64,000 nucleotides of DNA from a virus (lineage: Duplodnaviria; Caudoviricetes), in the IMG/VR virus record IMGVR_UViG_3300042260_000337. One strand, written 5' to 3'. Made by a program: the position numbers and the translations under genes. A model generated the notes under the pieces. That model saw nothing but the letters and a program-made list of their open reading frames with translations. It made no database searches and had not been told where the DNA came from. Shown here in pieces: positions 1 to 10,158 of the stretch. Every line of letters starts with the position of its first letter. Position 1 is the first letter of the stretch.

Positions 1-212
1 ACTCGCTGATGGAACTCGATAATTGCCATAGAGTCAGCATGACGCTGACGTTCCATTTCGGCGTTCAACTCTGCAATCAAGTTGTCCCAAATGGTTTGTT
101 TGATTTCGTCGCACGAACTGTGCCAGTCTTCCAACCAGTAGGAAGAAGGACGATACCCACGGGCATCTTTGTGGAGGTCGGAGACAATCTTTTCATCAAA
201 CGTGTAAGTCAT
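1..212 (-). CDS. hypothetical phage protein, runs off the window edge (MTYTFDEKIVSDLHKDARGYRP...)
   Basis: ATG at 212 after GAGAGG SD and a sigma70 promoter at 241-269; frame open to position 1; not in ORF track. Confidence 0.75.
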   Translation of the reverse strand, partial: MTYTFDEKIVSDLHKDARGYRPSSYWLEDWHSSCDEIKQTIWDNLIAELNAEMERQRHADSMAIIEFHQR

Positions 213-240
213 CTTGCTTTCCTCTCTTGGATACAGGATG

Positions 241-269
241 ACTATAGAGTGATTCTACGATGTTGTCAA
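241..269 (-). promoter_or_regulatory. sigma70-type early promoter TTGACA-17-TATAGT with GANTC box in spacer
   Basis: -35 at 264-269, -10 at 241-246, TGATTCT (plus strand) at 250-256. Confidence 0.7.
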
Positions 270-272
270 CAT

Positions 273-647
273 CTATTTTTCATAAAATGATTTTATTTCT
301 ACCCAGTCATCAAAGTTGGCATCAAGCATAAGAAACTCGCTGGCAACTATTTCTTCAAACACAATGAGTTTGTTTACTGGACTGAGAAAGTATGGGCTGA
401 CCATATACTTGTCAAGCATTAGTATTTGTTTGCCTGATGTTCTTGGTAGTCTTGTGCTTAGTTGTATGGTGTAGGATTGAAAGACTTTTGATAAGGCGTC
501 CCTGCCAAGTGTAGTCAGACGAAAATGTTTTGTGTCATCATATGAGTATATAAAAATGTCACTGATATCAAACTTATTTTTTCCTGTCTTTTTTCCGACA
601 AGCGTTGAGTTCAACACATTCAGAACATTTGACTTACTCAAAATCAT
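273..647 (-). CDS. hypothetical protein
   Basis: 124-aa ORF tiling with neighbours; ends in TAG. Confidence 0.7.
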   Translation of the reverse strand: MILSKSNVLNVLNSTLVGKKTGKNKFDISDIFIYSYDDTKHFRLTTLGRDALSKVFQSYTIQLSTRLPRTSGKQILMLDKYMVSPYFLSPVNKLIVFEEIVASEFLMLDANFDDWVEIKSFYEK

Positions 648-933
648 CTAAGTTCAACTTAGTTCCTTGAGTGAGAACATAGACTTCAAACCCATCTGTC
701 TTGAATAACTTATTCAATCTTTGTGCCAAGTTTATAGCATGTCCAGAGTTTGAAAAAGATACCTTTTTGTATTTTGGACCTGGAATGTTCACAAGAGAAT
801 TTAGACTACGAATGTTTATTGGTTCGCCATTGAAAAATACAGCGTATATTGCATCTGCCTGTAATACTTGTTCACTGCGATATGAACGTGAGTCTGTATG
901 CTCAAGAATTATCGTTGGTTTTGGTCGCGCCAT
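634..933 (-). CDS. conserved hypothetical phage protein (MARPKPTIILE...)
   Basis: 99-aa ORF, GGGA SD, overlaps next gene. Confidence 0.75.
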   Translation of the reverse strand: MARPKPTIILEHTDSRSYRSEQVLQADAIYAVFFNGEPINIRSLNSLVNIPGPKYKKVSFSNSGHAINLAQRLNKLFKTDGFEVYVLTQGTKLNLDDFE

Positions 934-993
934 TGTTACATCCCTTTGGTCATTATTATATATGTATTTATTATTTTTTTGGAATAATAGCAG

Positions 994-1182
994 TTATTTG
1001 AACCTTCCGCCATCAATTATTCTTGGACCTTTCGGCGTATGGCAGTCTTTTAGTTCAAGTAATAGCATTCCAATAGCAGCATTAAGTTTATTCGCATCAT
1101 CTATAGACATGCGAATATCTTTATCTTTTTTTAGATTAGATCGTTGAACTAGGGTAATAAAGTCTTGTATGGGCTTACTCAT
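994..1182 (-). CDS. hypothetical protein
   Basis: 62-aa ORF downstream of an ATAAATA-like late motif. Confidence 0.6.
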   Translation of the reverse strand: MSKPIQDFITLVQRSNLKKDKDIRMSIDDANKLNAAIGMLLLELKDCHTPKGPRIIDGGRFK

Positions 1183-1195
1183 ACATTTATTTATG

Positions 1196-1218
1196 AAAAA
1201 ACCCGCCGAAGCGGGTTT
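1196..1218 (-). terminator. Rho-independent terminator
   Basis: AAACCCGC-UUCG-GCGGGUUU hairpin followed by U tract. Confidence 0.8.
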
Positions 1219-1221
1219 AGT

Positions 1222-2223
1222 TTACCGAACTGGATATGGCTTACTTAGGATTCTCGCCATTTCATCAGGGGCTTTGGCGAGGTTTTGCAAATCCCATTCA
1301 CCACACCATTTCAAGAAATGAATGCCAACACTCTTGTTTTCCTTGACTACGGACAGTTGGTTGATTGTGTTGATGAACTCATTACGAAGGTCTTCAGGCT
1401 GACTGGTCAAATCAATAAGAGTTTTGTTACGCTCGTAATCTGCTTTGACAGTATGCTCAACTCCGTTATGGTCAGTCCAACGTTGAAGCATAAAGTTGTT
1501 CCAGTTGAAACCGCCAGTGTCACGGTCAGAGAACGCTTCTTGAATACCAATCTTGTTCTTGCTTCCCTTTAGACGTGCGCCTGGGTATGCAGAGAAAATG
1601 TTGTCACTTGTATCGCCACGAATACATTTCTCAAACAGTAGCCATTCTGGGTCGGGTGCAACCAGTTTCTCCTTTGTCTTTTTATCAACAATCGGAGTCA
1701 TGTTTTTATCATCTTTGAAGAAACCTTCTGTAGTGATAATACGATTTTGCACACCATCATAGATTTTTACATTCGGGGCAAGCAACTGCATATAGTCGCT
1801 ATCGCTTGAAATAATGATATGGTTGTCGGTTGGATGGCTTTCAATGAACAACGCAATCATGTCATCTGCTTCTGCATTTTGATGGCGAAGCAAGGTTACG
1901 TTTGTTTTTTGGTCAAGAAACTGAATGAGGCTGTCGTATGCCTCAAACATAATCTTATCTTCTTCTTGCTCACGAAGGCTTTTTGCTTCTTGGGCTACTT
2001 TGCGATGTGCTTTGTATGGGGTATAAAACTGTTTGCGCCAGCTTTTCCCCTCCAAGCAAAACACTGCGTGGTCTGCGTTGAACTTGTTATAGCACATCTT
2101 CACACTATTCATCATAATGTGAAATGCCATACCAATTTTCATATCAATGTCGGCATTTCTCATCGCAACATGTTTTGCACGATGATACATGTTGAAGCTA
2201 TCAACCAAGATAAAAGTAGTCAT
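1222..2223 (-). CDS. rnh: T4 RNase H-like 5'-3' exonuclease/flap endonuclease
   Basis: N-terminal ILVDSFN, EADDMIA, IISSDSDYMQL and GDTSDNI motifs of the FEN1/5'-nuclease family. Confidence 0.85.
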   Translation of the reverse strand: MTTFILVDSFNMYHRAKHVAMRNADIDMKIGMAFHIMMNSVKMCYNKFNADHAVFCLEGKSWRKQFYTPYKAHRKVAQEAKSLREQEEDKIMFEAYDSLIQFLDQKTNVTLLRHQNAEADDMIALFIESHPTDNHIIISSDSDYMQLLAPNVKIYDGVQNRIITTEGFFKDDKNMTPIVDKKTKEKLVAPDPEWLLFEKCIRGDTSDNIFSAYPGARLKGSKNKIGIQEAFSDRDTGGFNWNNFMLQRWTDHNGVEHTVKADYERNKTLIDLTSQPEDLRNEFINTINQLSVVKENKSVGIHFLKWCGEWDLQNLAKAPDEMARILSKPYPVR

Positions 2224-2232
2224 ATATTCCTC

Positions 2233-2847
2233 TTATGAGTATTCTGAAAAGTTGTCATTAACTTTCAGACGTTGAACCAGTTGGCCTTCTTTGCTGTCTG
2301 TTAGGAAACTTTTTGGGTTTCCCTTTTCGTCGATCATATCTTCAAGCACGATATTCTTGCATAGGTCACTGAACCATTCGTTTACAATTTCTTCTGGTTC
2401 GATTCCGTTGTAGCCATTGTTCGCTAAGTATTCCACGAAATGCTCATTGAAGTCAAGCTCAAAATAGCCATTACTTGGATTTTTCGTATCAAAATCTATG
2501 TTAAGAACTGCAACATACGGCTCGTTGTTTAAGTCAGCAAGTTTATGGTCATATTGTTGCTTTGTGATAACTTTATGGTATAGGTCGGCACTTAACTTTG
2601 CACGTGCAAGTTCATCTTCGTCCTTGATTAGCAACTCTGCTTCTTTAATTGCAAACTCGTATGGACTAATCTTTCCATACTGAAGGTCAATATTAAGATG
2701 GCGAAACTTGCGATCTTCTTCATTGGGCATCATATCTGCCAATGCCCTATCTTTCGTTTCACCAGAAAGCGTTGCTTCAATCAGTTTTATTTTCTTTTCT
2801 CGTTCTGGCAGTAGCCAGTTCTTTGGATTTAGATATATTCCTAACAT
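2233..2847 (-). CDS. hypothetical protein
   Basis: ORF 2233..2871; start moved to the ATG just after the metK stop. Confidence 0.7.
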   Translation of the reverse strand: MLGIYLNPKNWLLPEREKKIKLIEATLSGETKDRALADMMPNEEDRKFRHLNIDLQYGKISPYEFAIKEAELLIKDEDELARAKLSADLYHKVITKQQYDHKLADLNNEPYVAVLNIDFDTKNPSNGYFELDFNEHFVEYLANNGYNGIEPEEIVNEWFSDLCKNIVLEDMIDEKGNPKSFLTDSKEGQLVQRLKVNDNFSEYS

Positions 2848-2849
2848 GA

Positions 2850-3938
2850 TTACCACCCTATGCGTTCCCAAGGAACGTCTTTGTCACCGAAATGCCCATA
2901 TATACAATTCTTGCTGTATTCAGTGAAGTTGAACAAATCAAACCTATCAATAATTCCTTTTGGTGATAGGTCAATCTCTTTGCGAATGAACCTTTCAATA
3001 GATGCGTTGTGACCATTACTGCTTACATAAATGGATGTTGGCTGTTTTACACCAATTGCATACGACAACTGAATTTGGCACCAATCAGCCATGTCATCTG
3101 CCACAACGTTCTTTGCCAACCACCGCGCCATATATGCTGCTGAACGGTCTACCTTTGTCGGGTCTTTGCCTGAAAACGCACCGCCACCATGTGGAGCAAA
3201 TCCACCATATGTGTCCACGATAATCTTGCGCCCAGTCACACCAGCATCACCGTCTGGACCGCCGATAACGAAGTTACCAGTTGGGTTCAAGTGCCATACG
3301 GTTTTGTCATCAATAAGGTCTGCGCCCAATGCTCTCATGGCTGCAAGTTTAGCCATGTTTCTTGCCAACTCTACATTCCCTTCGGTATGTTGAGTGCTGA
3401 TAACTATTTGGTCAATTCTTTTGACCAATCCACCTTCATATTGAACACTTACTTGCGACTTTGCATCTGGACCAAGAGCATTTCCTTGTAGGCGAAGTTC
3501 TTTTAGTTCTTTTAGAATTTGGTGTGAATAGTAGATGGGTGCTGGAAGATACGATGAGTTATGGTTGGATGCGTAACCGAACATAATGCCTTGGTCGCCC
3601 GCACCGAAGTCATCAGTTCCAAGGGCGATATCTGCGCTTTGATTGTGAATACGGTTTATGATTTCAAGGTTTTTCCAGTTGAACCCATCTTGCTCATACC
3701 CGATTTCTTTTACTTTGTTTCTTACGATTTCGTTAATTTCATCGTTTGACACGTTGAAGTTTTTTACTTCACCAGCCAATGCAACGAAGTTTGTTGTAAC
3801 CATAGTTTCGATGGCGACACGTGTAGATGAATCGCCCACCTTTAATCCAGCGTCAACAAGTGCATCACTAATTTGGTCTGCTACTTTATCTGGATGACCA
3901 TCGCTTACACTTTCACTCGTAAAGATGTAGTTATTCAT
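2850..3938 (-). CDS. metK: S-adenosylmethionine synthetase
   Basis: FTSESVSDGHPDKVADQISD, GAGDQG, GGPDGDAGVTGRKIIVDTYGG and GGGAFSGKDPTKVDRS signatures. Confidence 0.97.
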   Translation of the reverse strand: MNNYIFTSESVSDGHPDKVADQISDALVDAGLKVGDSSTRVAIETMVTTNFVALAGEVKNFNVSNDEINEIVRNKVKEIGYEQDGFNWKNLEIINRIHNQSADIALGTDDFGAGDQGIMFGYASNHNSSYLPAPIYYSHQILKELKELRLQGNALGPDAKSQVSVQYEGGLVKRIDQIVISTQHTEGNVELARNMAKLAAMRALGADLIDDKTVWHLNPTGNFVIGGPDGDAGVTGRKIIVDTYGGFAPHGGGAFSGKDPTKVDRSAAYMARWLAKNVVADDMADWCQIQLSYAIGVKQPTSIYVSSNGHNASIERFIRKEIDLSPKGIIDRFDLFNFTEYSKNCIYGHFGDKDVPWERIGW

Positions 3939-4143
3939 AGTTAATCCTTTGTGTTATATCTTCAATGATGAAATCTGCATCCCTTGAAGTTTGTCTTATT
4001 ACAAATGTAGTTCCTGTTTTGTTCAAAATGGATTGAATACGGTTGAGACGGTCAACCGTATTTTTCAATTCGTTCACTAATCTTTCTACTCTGGGTTCTT
4101 TCATCAACGATGCTCTCACAGAGTTAAAAATTCTCTTTGACAA
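3931..4143 (-). CDS. hypothetical protein
   Basis: 70-aa ORF overlapping both neighbours. Confidence 0.6.
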   Translation of the reverse strand: MSKRIFNSVRASLMKEPRVERLVNELKNTVDRLNRIQSILNKTGTTFVIRQTSRDADFIIEDITQRINYE

Positions 4144-4439
4144 ATCATCGTGATGGATTCTGTCAATTCTTCCGAACTTGATATGACATAAAGTTGTGAT
4201 GCAGTTTCATCTTTTTTATAGTCATACTTGTAGAACTCTAATATATATCCGCCATTTGCAGCAAATATCTTAAAGTTTAGTTTCGGGGAAGTATGCAATT
4301 CATTATTTGATGGCTGTGGGAATGAACTCGCATCAATTCCAATCACATGATTATTGGCGTATTTATTGTATAGCCGTGTTATTAGTTTTTGAAACATTGT
4401 CTGATTCGACTTTCTTTTTTTTAAGTATGCCTTGCGCAT
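4116..4439 (-). CDS. hypothetical protein
   Basis: start moved to MRKAYL (AGGAG SD). Confidence 0.65.
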   Translation of the reverse strand: MRKAYLKKRKSNQTMFQKLITRLYNKYANNHVIGIDASSFPQPSNNELHTSPKLNFKIFAANGGYILEFYKYDYKKDETASQLYVISSSEELTESITMICQREFLTL

Positions 4440-4651
4440 ATAATCTCCTATGAGGAAACGAGGGTAATTCCAGCCAACCACCCTCGTTATTGCTCTCACT
4501 CTATTTGACAGGGCTGGCAATAGTAGAGCATTATAGACGCACACTGCGCCACTTATCTAACACGCTCACGGCGATACATCCAGTGTATAGCGGGGGAATT
4601 ACCATACATCATACATTTAGAGGATTGTATAGGCTTCCTATTAGATAAGAT

Positions 4652-4846
4652 TTACTCAACAAGTAGTTCTCGTTCCAGTTTTTCAATTTCTTCTTTCAGA
4701 TGCAACTTCTCTTGTTTCATCTGAACAATCTTATTGTCAGGAACACGTTCATCATAGCATATTTTGATACGAGAATCAAGATCATTGTGTCTTTCTCGTA
4801 GCACTTTTAGATGGGACATTTTTTTGTCACGCTTATGGTCAGTCAT
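4652..4846 (-). CDS. DUF465/YdcH-like small coiled-coil protein
   Basis: LRERHNDLDSRI...MKQEKLHLKEEI pattern. Confidence 0.6.
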   Translation of the reverse strand: MTDHKRDKKMSHLKVLRERHNDLDSRIKICYDERVPDNKIVQMKQEKLHLKEEIEKLERELLVE

Positions 4847-5190
4847 TATGCTTTCTCCTTGGTTGTAGGGTCTTTTATCAACGCCACCATTGCCTCAAAG
4901 TATAATTTTGCTTCTAGCAATTCTGGATATTCTTGTATCAGCCGATGTATCTGCTGTTCTTCTTCCATCTTCCGTTTGGCCCAAGCTATTACCTGTTCCG
5001 TTTCTGGAGACAACGACATGTATGTATACGAGTTATATACTTCCCAATAACTACCGCTAAACACCAATAGCTTTCCTTGGTCCATTCTGACATCGCCAAC
5101 TTGATTGTGTTCTGAAACACTTCTATCTGCTGACGTGCCAGAATAGGATGTAGATACTATTAGATGTTTATCGGTAGATACGTTATTCAC
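4846..5190 (-). CDS. hypothetical protein
   Basis: 114-aa ORF with start/stop overlap. Confidence 0.65.
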   Translation of the reverse strand: MNNVSTDKHLIVSTSYSGTSADRSVSEHNQVGDVRMDQGKLLVFSGSYWEVYNSYTYMSLSPETEQVIAWAKRKMEEEQQIHRLIQEYPELLEAKLYFEAMVALIKDPTTKEKA

Positions 5191-5192
5191 AA

Positions 5193-5960
5193 TCAGTTAC
5201 CTGTTTTTGCGGGAAGAATGTAATCGTATACGCCAAGTCCAGAGTCAACTTGAATCATCATCGCCCCTTGGTCGGAGAACTTGATGGTCATGTTGCTGGT
5301 ATCGGCAAGACGAAGAATAGTGTTTACTGTGCGCAATGGGTATGACCAAGCAGATTTCAACTCACCGGACACGTTGAGTGCAAATGGCAAGTCAACCTTG
5401 TCTGTTCCGTTGCTACCGATAGAGAAGATAAGATTTCCATTTACTTTCTTGACCGTAAATAGAGAGTCATTTCCACCCAGAACACCATCAAAATAGCGAA
5501 GGTCAGTTACAGCTTTTTGAGTTGGCATAAACTCAATGTCCCACTTCGCGCCCTTGAAGTTCGCTGTTTTGATTTGGTCATCAACCACTTCACTGCGAAT
5601 GAGACGATAGTTTGATTCAAACCCACCGTTCATTTTGAAAGAAATGCTTGCTGGTGATGCTTCGCCATTTCTTTCTTCTTTGTTGACAACAATATCTGCG
5701 TCAACTTTCTTACCCTCAGTGTCTTCGCCCGAATAGTTCAGGTAGCCCTGAAGGACAGAAAGACGCCCGAATCCAACCTTACCAGTGAGTGCATCCACCT
5801 TGTTGTGTAGTTTGCCTTTGAGAACCACTGAACGATTGTCGTCAAGTGCGTCAATCTTTGTTTCGTCACCTTCTGTGGTGACTTTCACCGCTTGGATAAT
5901 ACCAAGTGAATGAGTGTGTTTTACTATGTCTTTTAGAATATCACGCATATTGTGCTCCAT
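5193..5960 (-). CDS. putative DNA polymerase sliding clamp (gp45/PCNA-like)
   Basis: 255 aa, beta-rich two-domain size, C-terminal YDYILPA, located in the polymerase operon; assignment by recall only. Confidence 0.5.
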   Translation of the reverse strand: MEHNMRDILKDIVKHTHSLGIIQAVKVTTEGDETKIDALDDNRSVVLKGKLHNKVDALTGKVGFGRLSVLQGYLNYSGEDTEGKKVDADIVVNKEERNGEASPASISFKMNGGFESNYRLIRSEVVDDQIKTANFKGAKWDIEFMPTQKAVTDLRYFDGVLGGNDSLFTVKKVNGNLIFSIGSNGTDKVDLPFALNVSGELKSAWSYPLRTVNTILRLADTSNMTIKFSDQGAMMIQVDSGLGVYDYILPAKTGN

Positions 5961-5978
5961 TTATATTTCCTCAGTATA

Positions 5979-7406
5979 TCAAAATTCAAACAGGTTGTCA
6001 ACTTCTTTGACTTCGGTTTTTACAACTTCATCAAACATTTCATCTTCTGGATTTGCAAATTCAATTCGTGCCTTTGCAATCTCCATATAATCAGGATCAA
6101 GTTCAATGCCAACGAACTTGAAACCTTCTAACATCGCACCCTTGCCAGTTGAACCAGAACCCATAAATGGGTCAAGAACAGTCCCGCCTTTTGGAGTAAC
6201 CATGCGAACCAAATAACGCATCAAATCAGTTGGTTTTACGGTTGGGTGATTGTTTTTCTTTGTTGGTGGATTGACCCAATCCTTTTCTTCGCATAGACAA
6301 GTGTGTGCTTCAAGAGAAGAAGCCCCGCACTTGGAACATATGCGGCGAATACCATTGCCTTTACCACCAATGGATTTAGCTTCAAAATCTTCTAAACCTT
6401 CATTTCGGTCTTTCTTAGATGTTTTGGCGCAATAAAAGAACCGTGCCGCAGAAGCATCGTCATTGTAACTATCCCACGAAACGCGATTGTATTCTCCATA
6501 GCAGTTTGTGTTTTCATCGCCAGTTTTGCTTGGTTCTTTTCCTGATACGCTACCGCCAGCTTTTGTATTTGGGAATAGAGAAACGACTTCCTCGCTACCA
6601 TCATGAATAAAGTTGGCGGGAAACCTTCCTTTCGGTGATGATGTATTTGGTGTTCCTTCAAACTTTCCATACGCATTGACTGCCATTCCATCAGTTTTCC
6701 AAGAACCATTTCCGCCGAGACGAGGATCATCAACTTCTGGATTCGTTGGAATGCGACTTTCATCAATGTTGATACCACCAGTTCCATACTTCAACACATT
6801 TGCAGCAACTGTATTTTCTTCCAATGGTTTTCTTGCAACAGTGATTGGTTCTAATGCGGGCTTTAGCGCAGTCCCCCAACCTTCCCATTGCTTTGCTTCG
6901 TCGGTAGCAGGAGCGGTAATACGAATAACATTCTTTGCACTCTTGTCTTCTGAGTTACCAGTATCTGCATTTGGCCTGAAACCGTGCTCTGCATTCGTCT
7001 TGGAAATGTGTGCCATTCCACCAGAGTTTGTTTTCGTCTCTGAAATAACTTCACGCTCTGCACCAGCCGATTTGTCAATGGCTTTACTAATATCCAATGA
7101 CTTTGGAAATCCACTTCCGTAAACCCATGCAATCATATCGCGGATTTCAAATCCCGCATCCTCAATACGAACTGCCATACGATGTTGAGTCCGAGTGCCA
7201 GCAAACGCAAGTAGATACCCACCCGGTTTCAATACCCGTAGAGCTTCTTCCCATATCTCTTGGGATGGAACGTCATAGTCCCACTTCTTTCCCATGAAAG
7301 AAAGCCCATATGGCGGGTCAGTTACAATGCTGTCCACGCTATTATCTGGAAGTGTTTTTAGCACTTCCAGACAATTTCCATTATATAATGTATAGTTTTT
7401 TTCCAT
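5979..7406 (-). CDS. DNA adenine/N4-cytosine methyltransferase, beta class, with insertions
   Basis: VTDPPY (motif IV) near N-terminus, HPTVKP and LDPFMGSGSTG (motif I) near C-terminus. Confidence 0.9.
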   Translation of the reverse strand: MEKNYTLYNGNCLEVLKTLPDNSVDSIVTDPPYGLSFMGKKWDYDVPSQEIWEEALRVLKPGGYLLAFAGTRTQHRMAVRIEDAGFEIRDMIAWVYGSGFPKSLDISKAIDKSAGAEREVISETKTNSGGMAHISKTNAEHGFRPNADTGNSEDKSAKNVIRITAPATDEAKQWEGWGTALKPALEPITVARKPLEENTVAANVLKYGTGGINIDESRIPTNPEVDDPRLGGNGSWKTDGMAVNAYGKFEGTPNTSSPKGRFPANFIHDGSEEVVSLFPNTKAGGSVSGKEPSKTGDENTNCYGEYNRVSWDSYNDDASAARFFYCAKTSKKDRNEGLEDFEAKSIGGKGNGIRRICSKCGASSLEAHTCLCEEKDWVNPPTKKNNHPTVKPTDLMRYLVRMVTPKGGTVLDPFMGSGSTGKGAMLEGFKFVGIELDPDYMEIAKARIEFANPEDEMFDEVVKTEVKEVDNLFEF

Positions 7407-7407
7407 A

Positions 7408-10149
7408 TTAGAACTCGAATAGATTGTCAAATGTTTCGGAGTTGTTGGTGTCGTTCAAATCCCAGTTTAGAACGCCAATCAGGTTGTTTATTTTCTTAGT
7501 AATAATTGTAAATTCCATTTCGTTGTTGTCAAATGGTAATTCCTGAAACCACATTGGCAACTTCAACTCATCAATGGGATACGCGATACTTGTAATCCCC
7601 ATAGGATTAGACTTCAACTTACAAACGATAGTTTTCATGCCATCAGTGATCTCCATACTATAGTTGTCACTGTTCATTCTACGAAGTCGGTTCCAGTTGA
7701 TTGCTGCAAGAGCATGACCTACTGCACACTTTCCTGTTTTCTCAAACACTTTTGTGTGATGAGTTAGGTTGTTTACTCGTTTCGGAGTTCCCTTTTGCCA
7801 AGCTGGCATCTTGCGAAACTCTTTTTTGAACTGCTTGATCATATCAATAACTTCTTTCTGTTCTGCGTCAGTTAGAAGTTTCATCAGAACGTCCTTCAAG
7901 AACTCCTGCATGTAGTCTGGGGTGTCAGAACGCTTTAGGTCAAGGCCCATCGCTTTTACTTTGCCAGGAAGCCCATCAATGTCCCTGCGCTTTCCATCGT
8001 CATCAAAAATAAGCATAGCATATCGCTTCTTCTTGATGAATAGCCCAGTTGTAGCGGCGTTTTCACGTCCTGCTTTGATGATTTCGCCCTGTTTCCTTGG
8101 CACATGGAAGAATAACTTCATAAAGTCGGGGAAACTTTCGTTCACCTGTTTTGCGATTTCGTCATACAACTCCATCACAATCTCTTTACTCCAAGCGATT
8201 TCTCCACTATCAATTCTATCTTTGTATACTGGATACATAGAGAAGTAGATAGAGTCGGTATCGCCATAGATAATAGAATCACCCTTGTAATCATATGTTC
8301 CCGCAATAACTTCGTTGGTTTTGCTACCCATATGGCGAGTGATACAACGTCCAGTGAGAGTAGTAGATTGACCAATCCGTTTATCATAGAAGCGGCAACC
8401 TGGGTTTAGAATAGCACCATACAGTGAGTTCAAGTTGATCTTCTTCACCAACTGACGTTTGTCCCAGAAAGCAACTTCTTTGCCTTCTCCAGCATCACGT
8501 GCATCTTTCATCTTGGCTTGAAGTTGCTTACGTTCACTATACCATCTTTCCAATAGACTTGGAATAATTCCTTGAACGTCTTGTCTGAAAACTGTCCCGT
8601 TTGCTGATAGCGCCCAGTTCAATTCGCTAGTATTGAAAATCAAATCATATACTTCTGCCCCAGTAAGATTGGAACTACTTCCATCTTCCATATCAAGGAA
8701 CAACGGAACCACCTTATCTCTTTCGTTTACATAACGAAATTCTTCTGATGAGAATGTATCTTCCCATGCCTGTGGAGCACCAAAACTTTTTCCGACAGTT
8801 CTTTTACCTTCAATAATACGGCTAGTAATCATTTCTTCGGTGTAGTTCTGACGAAGTTGAGCAACAATCGTTTCTGGCGACATATTCAATGACCGTAGAA
8901 CCGATGGATACAGAGAGTTCAAGTCAATACCAGAAATCCATCGCTGAATACCTGTCTTGGGCTGCGCCACAAACGCACCAGCAGCTTTTTCTTTTGCAAG
9001 AAACTCTGCAAGTTCGTCGTCATCCATGTCCGCTGGGTCGTCAGCATCTTCTTCGTTCCAGTCTCTTGCTTTGCGGTCAGGAACATGCATATCGCGGCGA
9101 TGTGCTTCATTGATGATTGCCTGTTCAGTAACGGCAACCGCACCCATTGTAGTTTTGATAAGAACTGTATTATCGTGGGCAATTTCATTCGCCAAGTCAA
9201 TAAACCGAAGTTTCTTATCTAAGTCTGCAATAAGCATAACGTCTTCTCTGTTATACTCAATGAACTTGTAGAAATCTTCGTTATATAATTGGTCTAGTGT
9301 TCCTTCATATGCAACCTTTTTACGCCCAAGTTCATATTCTGAAATAGCATCCAACGAGTATGAGTGCATTTCATGATATGTATACTTACGGTAAAGTTCA
9401 AGATAGTCCAAGTGAACCCGCCCCACCAGTTCATAGGTGAGTTGGTCTTTGCCATACTTCTTGACATATTTTTCTTTTGGCTGCACATCCCATAGACATA
9501 GACGTTTGATGTATTCTTTGCCGAGAACTTGAATAATTCTACGGACAGTATAAGGAATATCGTAACCTTCTGAGTTCCATCCGCTGATGATATCTGCATC
9601 ATCTACAAGAGATAGAAAATCTTTGAGCATTTCCTTTTCACTGCGATACCACTTTGTATTGTCAAACCGTGTGCAGATTTGTTCTGCTTCTTCATCTGAC
9701 ATACCTTTTGGTGGAATGGCCAATGTAATTAGTTCGCCTATCCAGTCAAGGTAAACTGTGATGGCGGTAATTGGCATAAATGCTTCTTCGGTTGACGAGA
9801 ACCCACGTTCCTTGTCAAAGTCAACTTCAATGTCGCAAAATGCAGTATGCAGAACGGGAGAATCTACCCCGTTGTAATTTAGAGATAGGCATTGGTTCTC
9901 TGGCTTGATATCGCTTTCAAACAGCTTTTTTCCAGAGTTAATCTTTAGTTCTTTATGGAAATCTTTAGTTGTCTTGCATCGGATTTGGCGAATTTTATCA
10001 CCAAAGATACTACGATGCTGGCCGTTTTGGTCCTTTACATAGAATGTTCTAATAGCGGGATAGTCTTTGAATACCCGCTTTCCGTTTAACCGTTCAACAA
10101 CACGAACCAAGTCGTGTTTTTTATCGTAATATGCATCAACGTATGACAA
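7408..10149 (-). CDS. polB: family B DNA polymerase (T4 gp43-like)
   Basis: exonuclease DIE and WNSEGYD; polymerase DLNSLYPS, KINLNSLYG and YGDTDS motifs. Confidence 0.95.
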   Translation of the reverse strand: MSYVDAYYDKKHDLVRVVERLNGKRVFKDYPAIRTFYVKDQNGQHRSIFGDKIRQIRCKTTKDFHKELKINSGKKLFESDIKPENQCLSLNYNGVDSPVLHTAFCDIEVDFDKERGFSSTEEAFMPITAITVYLDWIGELITLAIPPKGMSDEEAEQICTRFDNTKWYRSEKEMLKDFLSLVDDADIISGWNSEGYDIPYTVRRIIQVLGKEYIKRLCLWDVQPKEKYVKKYGKDQLTYELVGRVHLDYLELYRKYTYHEMHSYSLDAISEYELGRKKVAYEGTLDQLYNEDFYKFIEYNREDVMLIADLDKKLRFIDLANEIAHDNTVLIKTTMGAVAVTEQAIINEAHRRDMHVPDRKARDWNEEDADDPADMDDDELAEFLAKEKAAGAFVAQPKTGIQRWISGIDLNSLYPSVLRSLNMSPETIVAQLRQNYTEEMITSRIIEGKRTVGKSFGAPQAWEDTFSSEEFRYVNERDKVVPLFLDMEDGSSSNLTGAEVYDLIFNTSELNWALSANGTVFRQDVQGIIPSLLERWYSERKQLQAKMKDARDAGEGKEVAFWDKRQLVKKINLNSLYGAILNPGCRFYDKRIGQSTTLTGRCITRHMGSKTNEVIAGTYDYKGDSIIYGDTDSIYFSMYPVYKDRIDSGEIAWSKEIVMELYDEIAKQVNESFPDFMKLFFHVPRKQGEIIKAGRENAATTGLFIKKKRYAMLIFDDDGKRRDIDGLPGKVKAMGLDLKRSDTPDYMQEFLKDVLMKLLTDAEQKEVIDMIKQFKKEFRKMPAWQKGTPKRVNNLTHHTKVFEKTGKCAVGHALAAINWNRLRRMNSDNYSMEITDGMKTIVCKLKSNPMGITSIAYPIDELKLPMWFQELPFDNNEMEFTIITKKINNLIGVLNWDLNDTNNSETFDNLFEF

Positions 10150-10158
10150 AACGTCTCC

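Noticed and set aside
4445-4650. SAM-I riboswitch (CUUAUC...GAUAAG P1 look-alike)
   Set aside because: The conserved AGAG/GGAGGGA/GCAAC core is absent; kept only as an unassigned structured RNA
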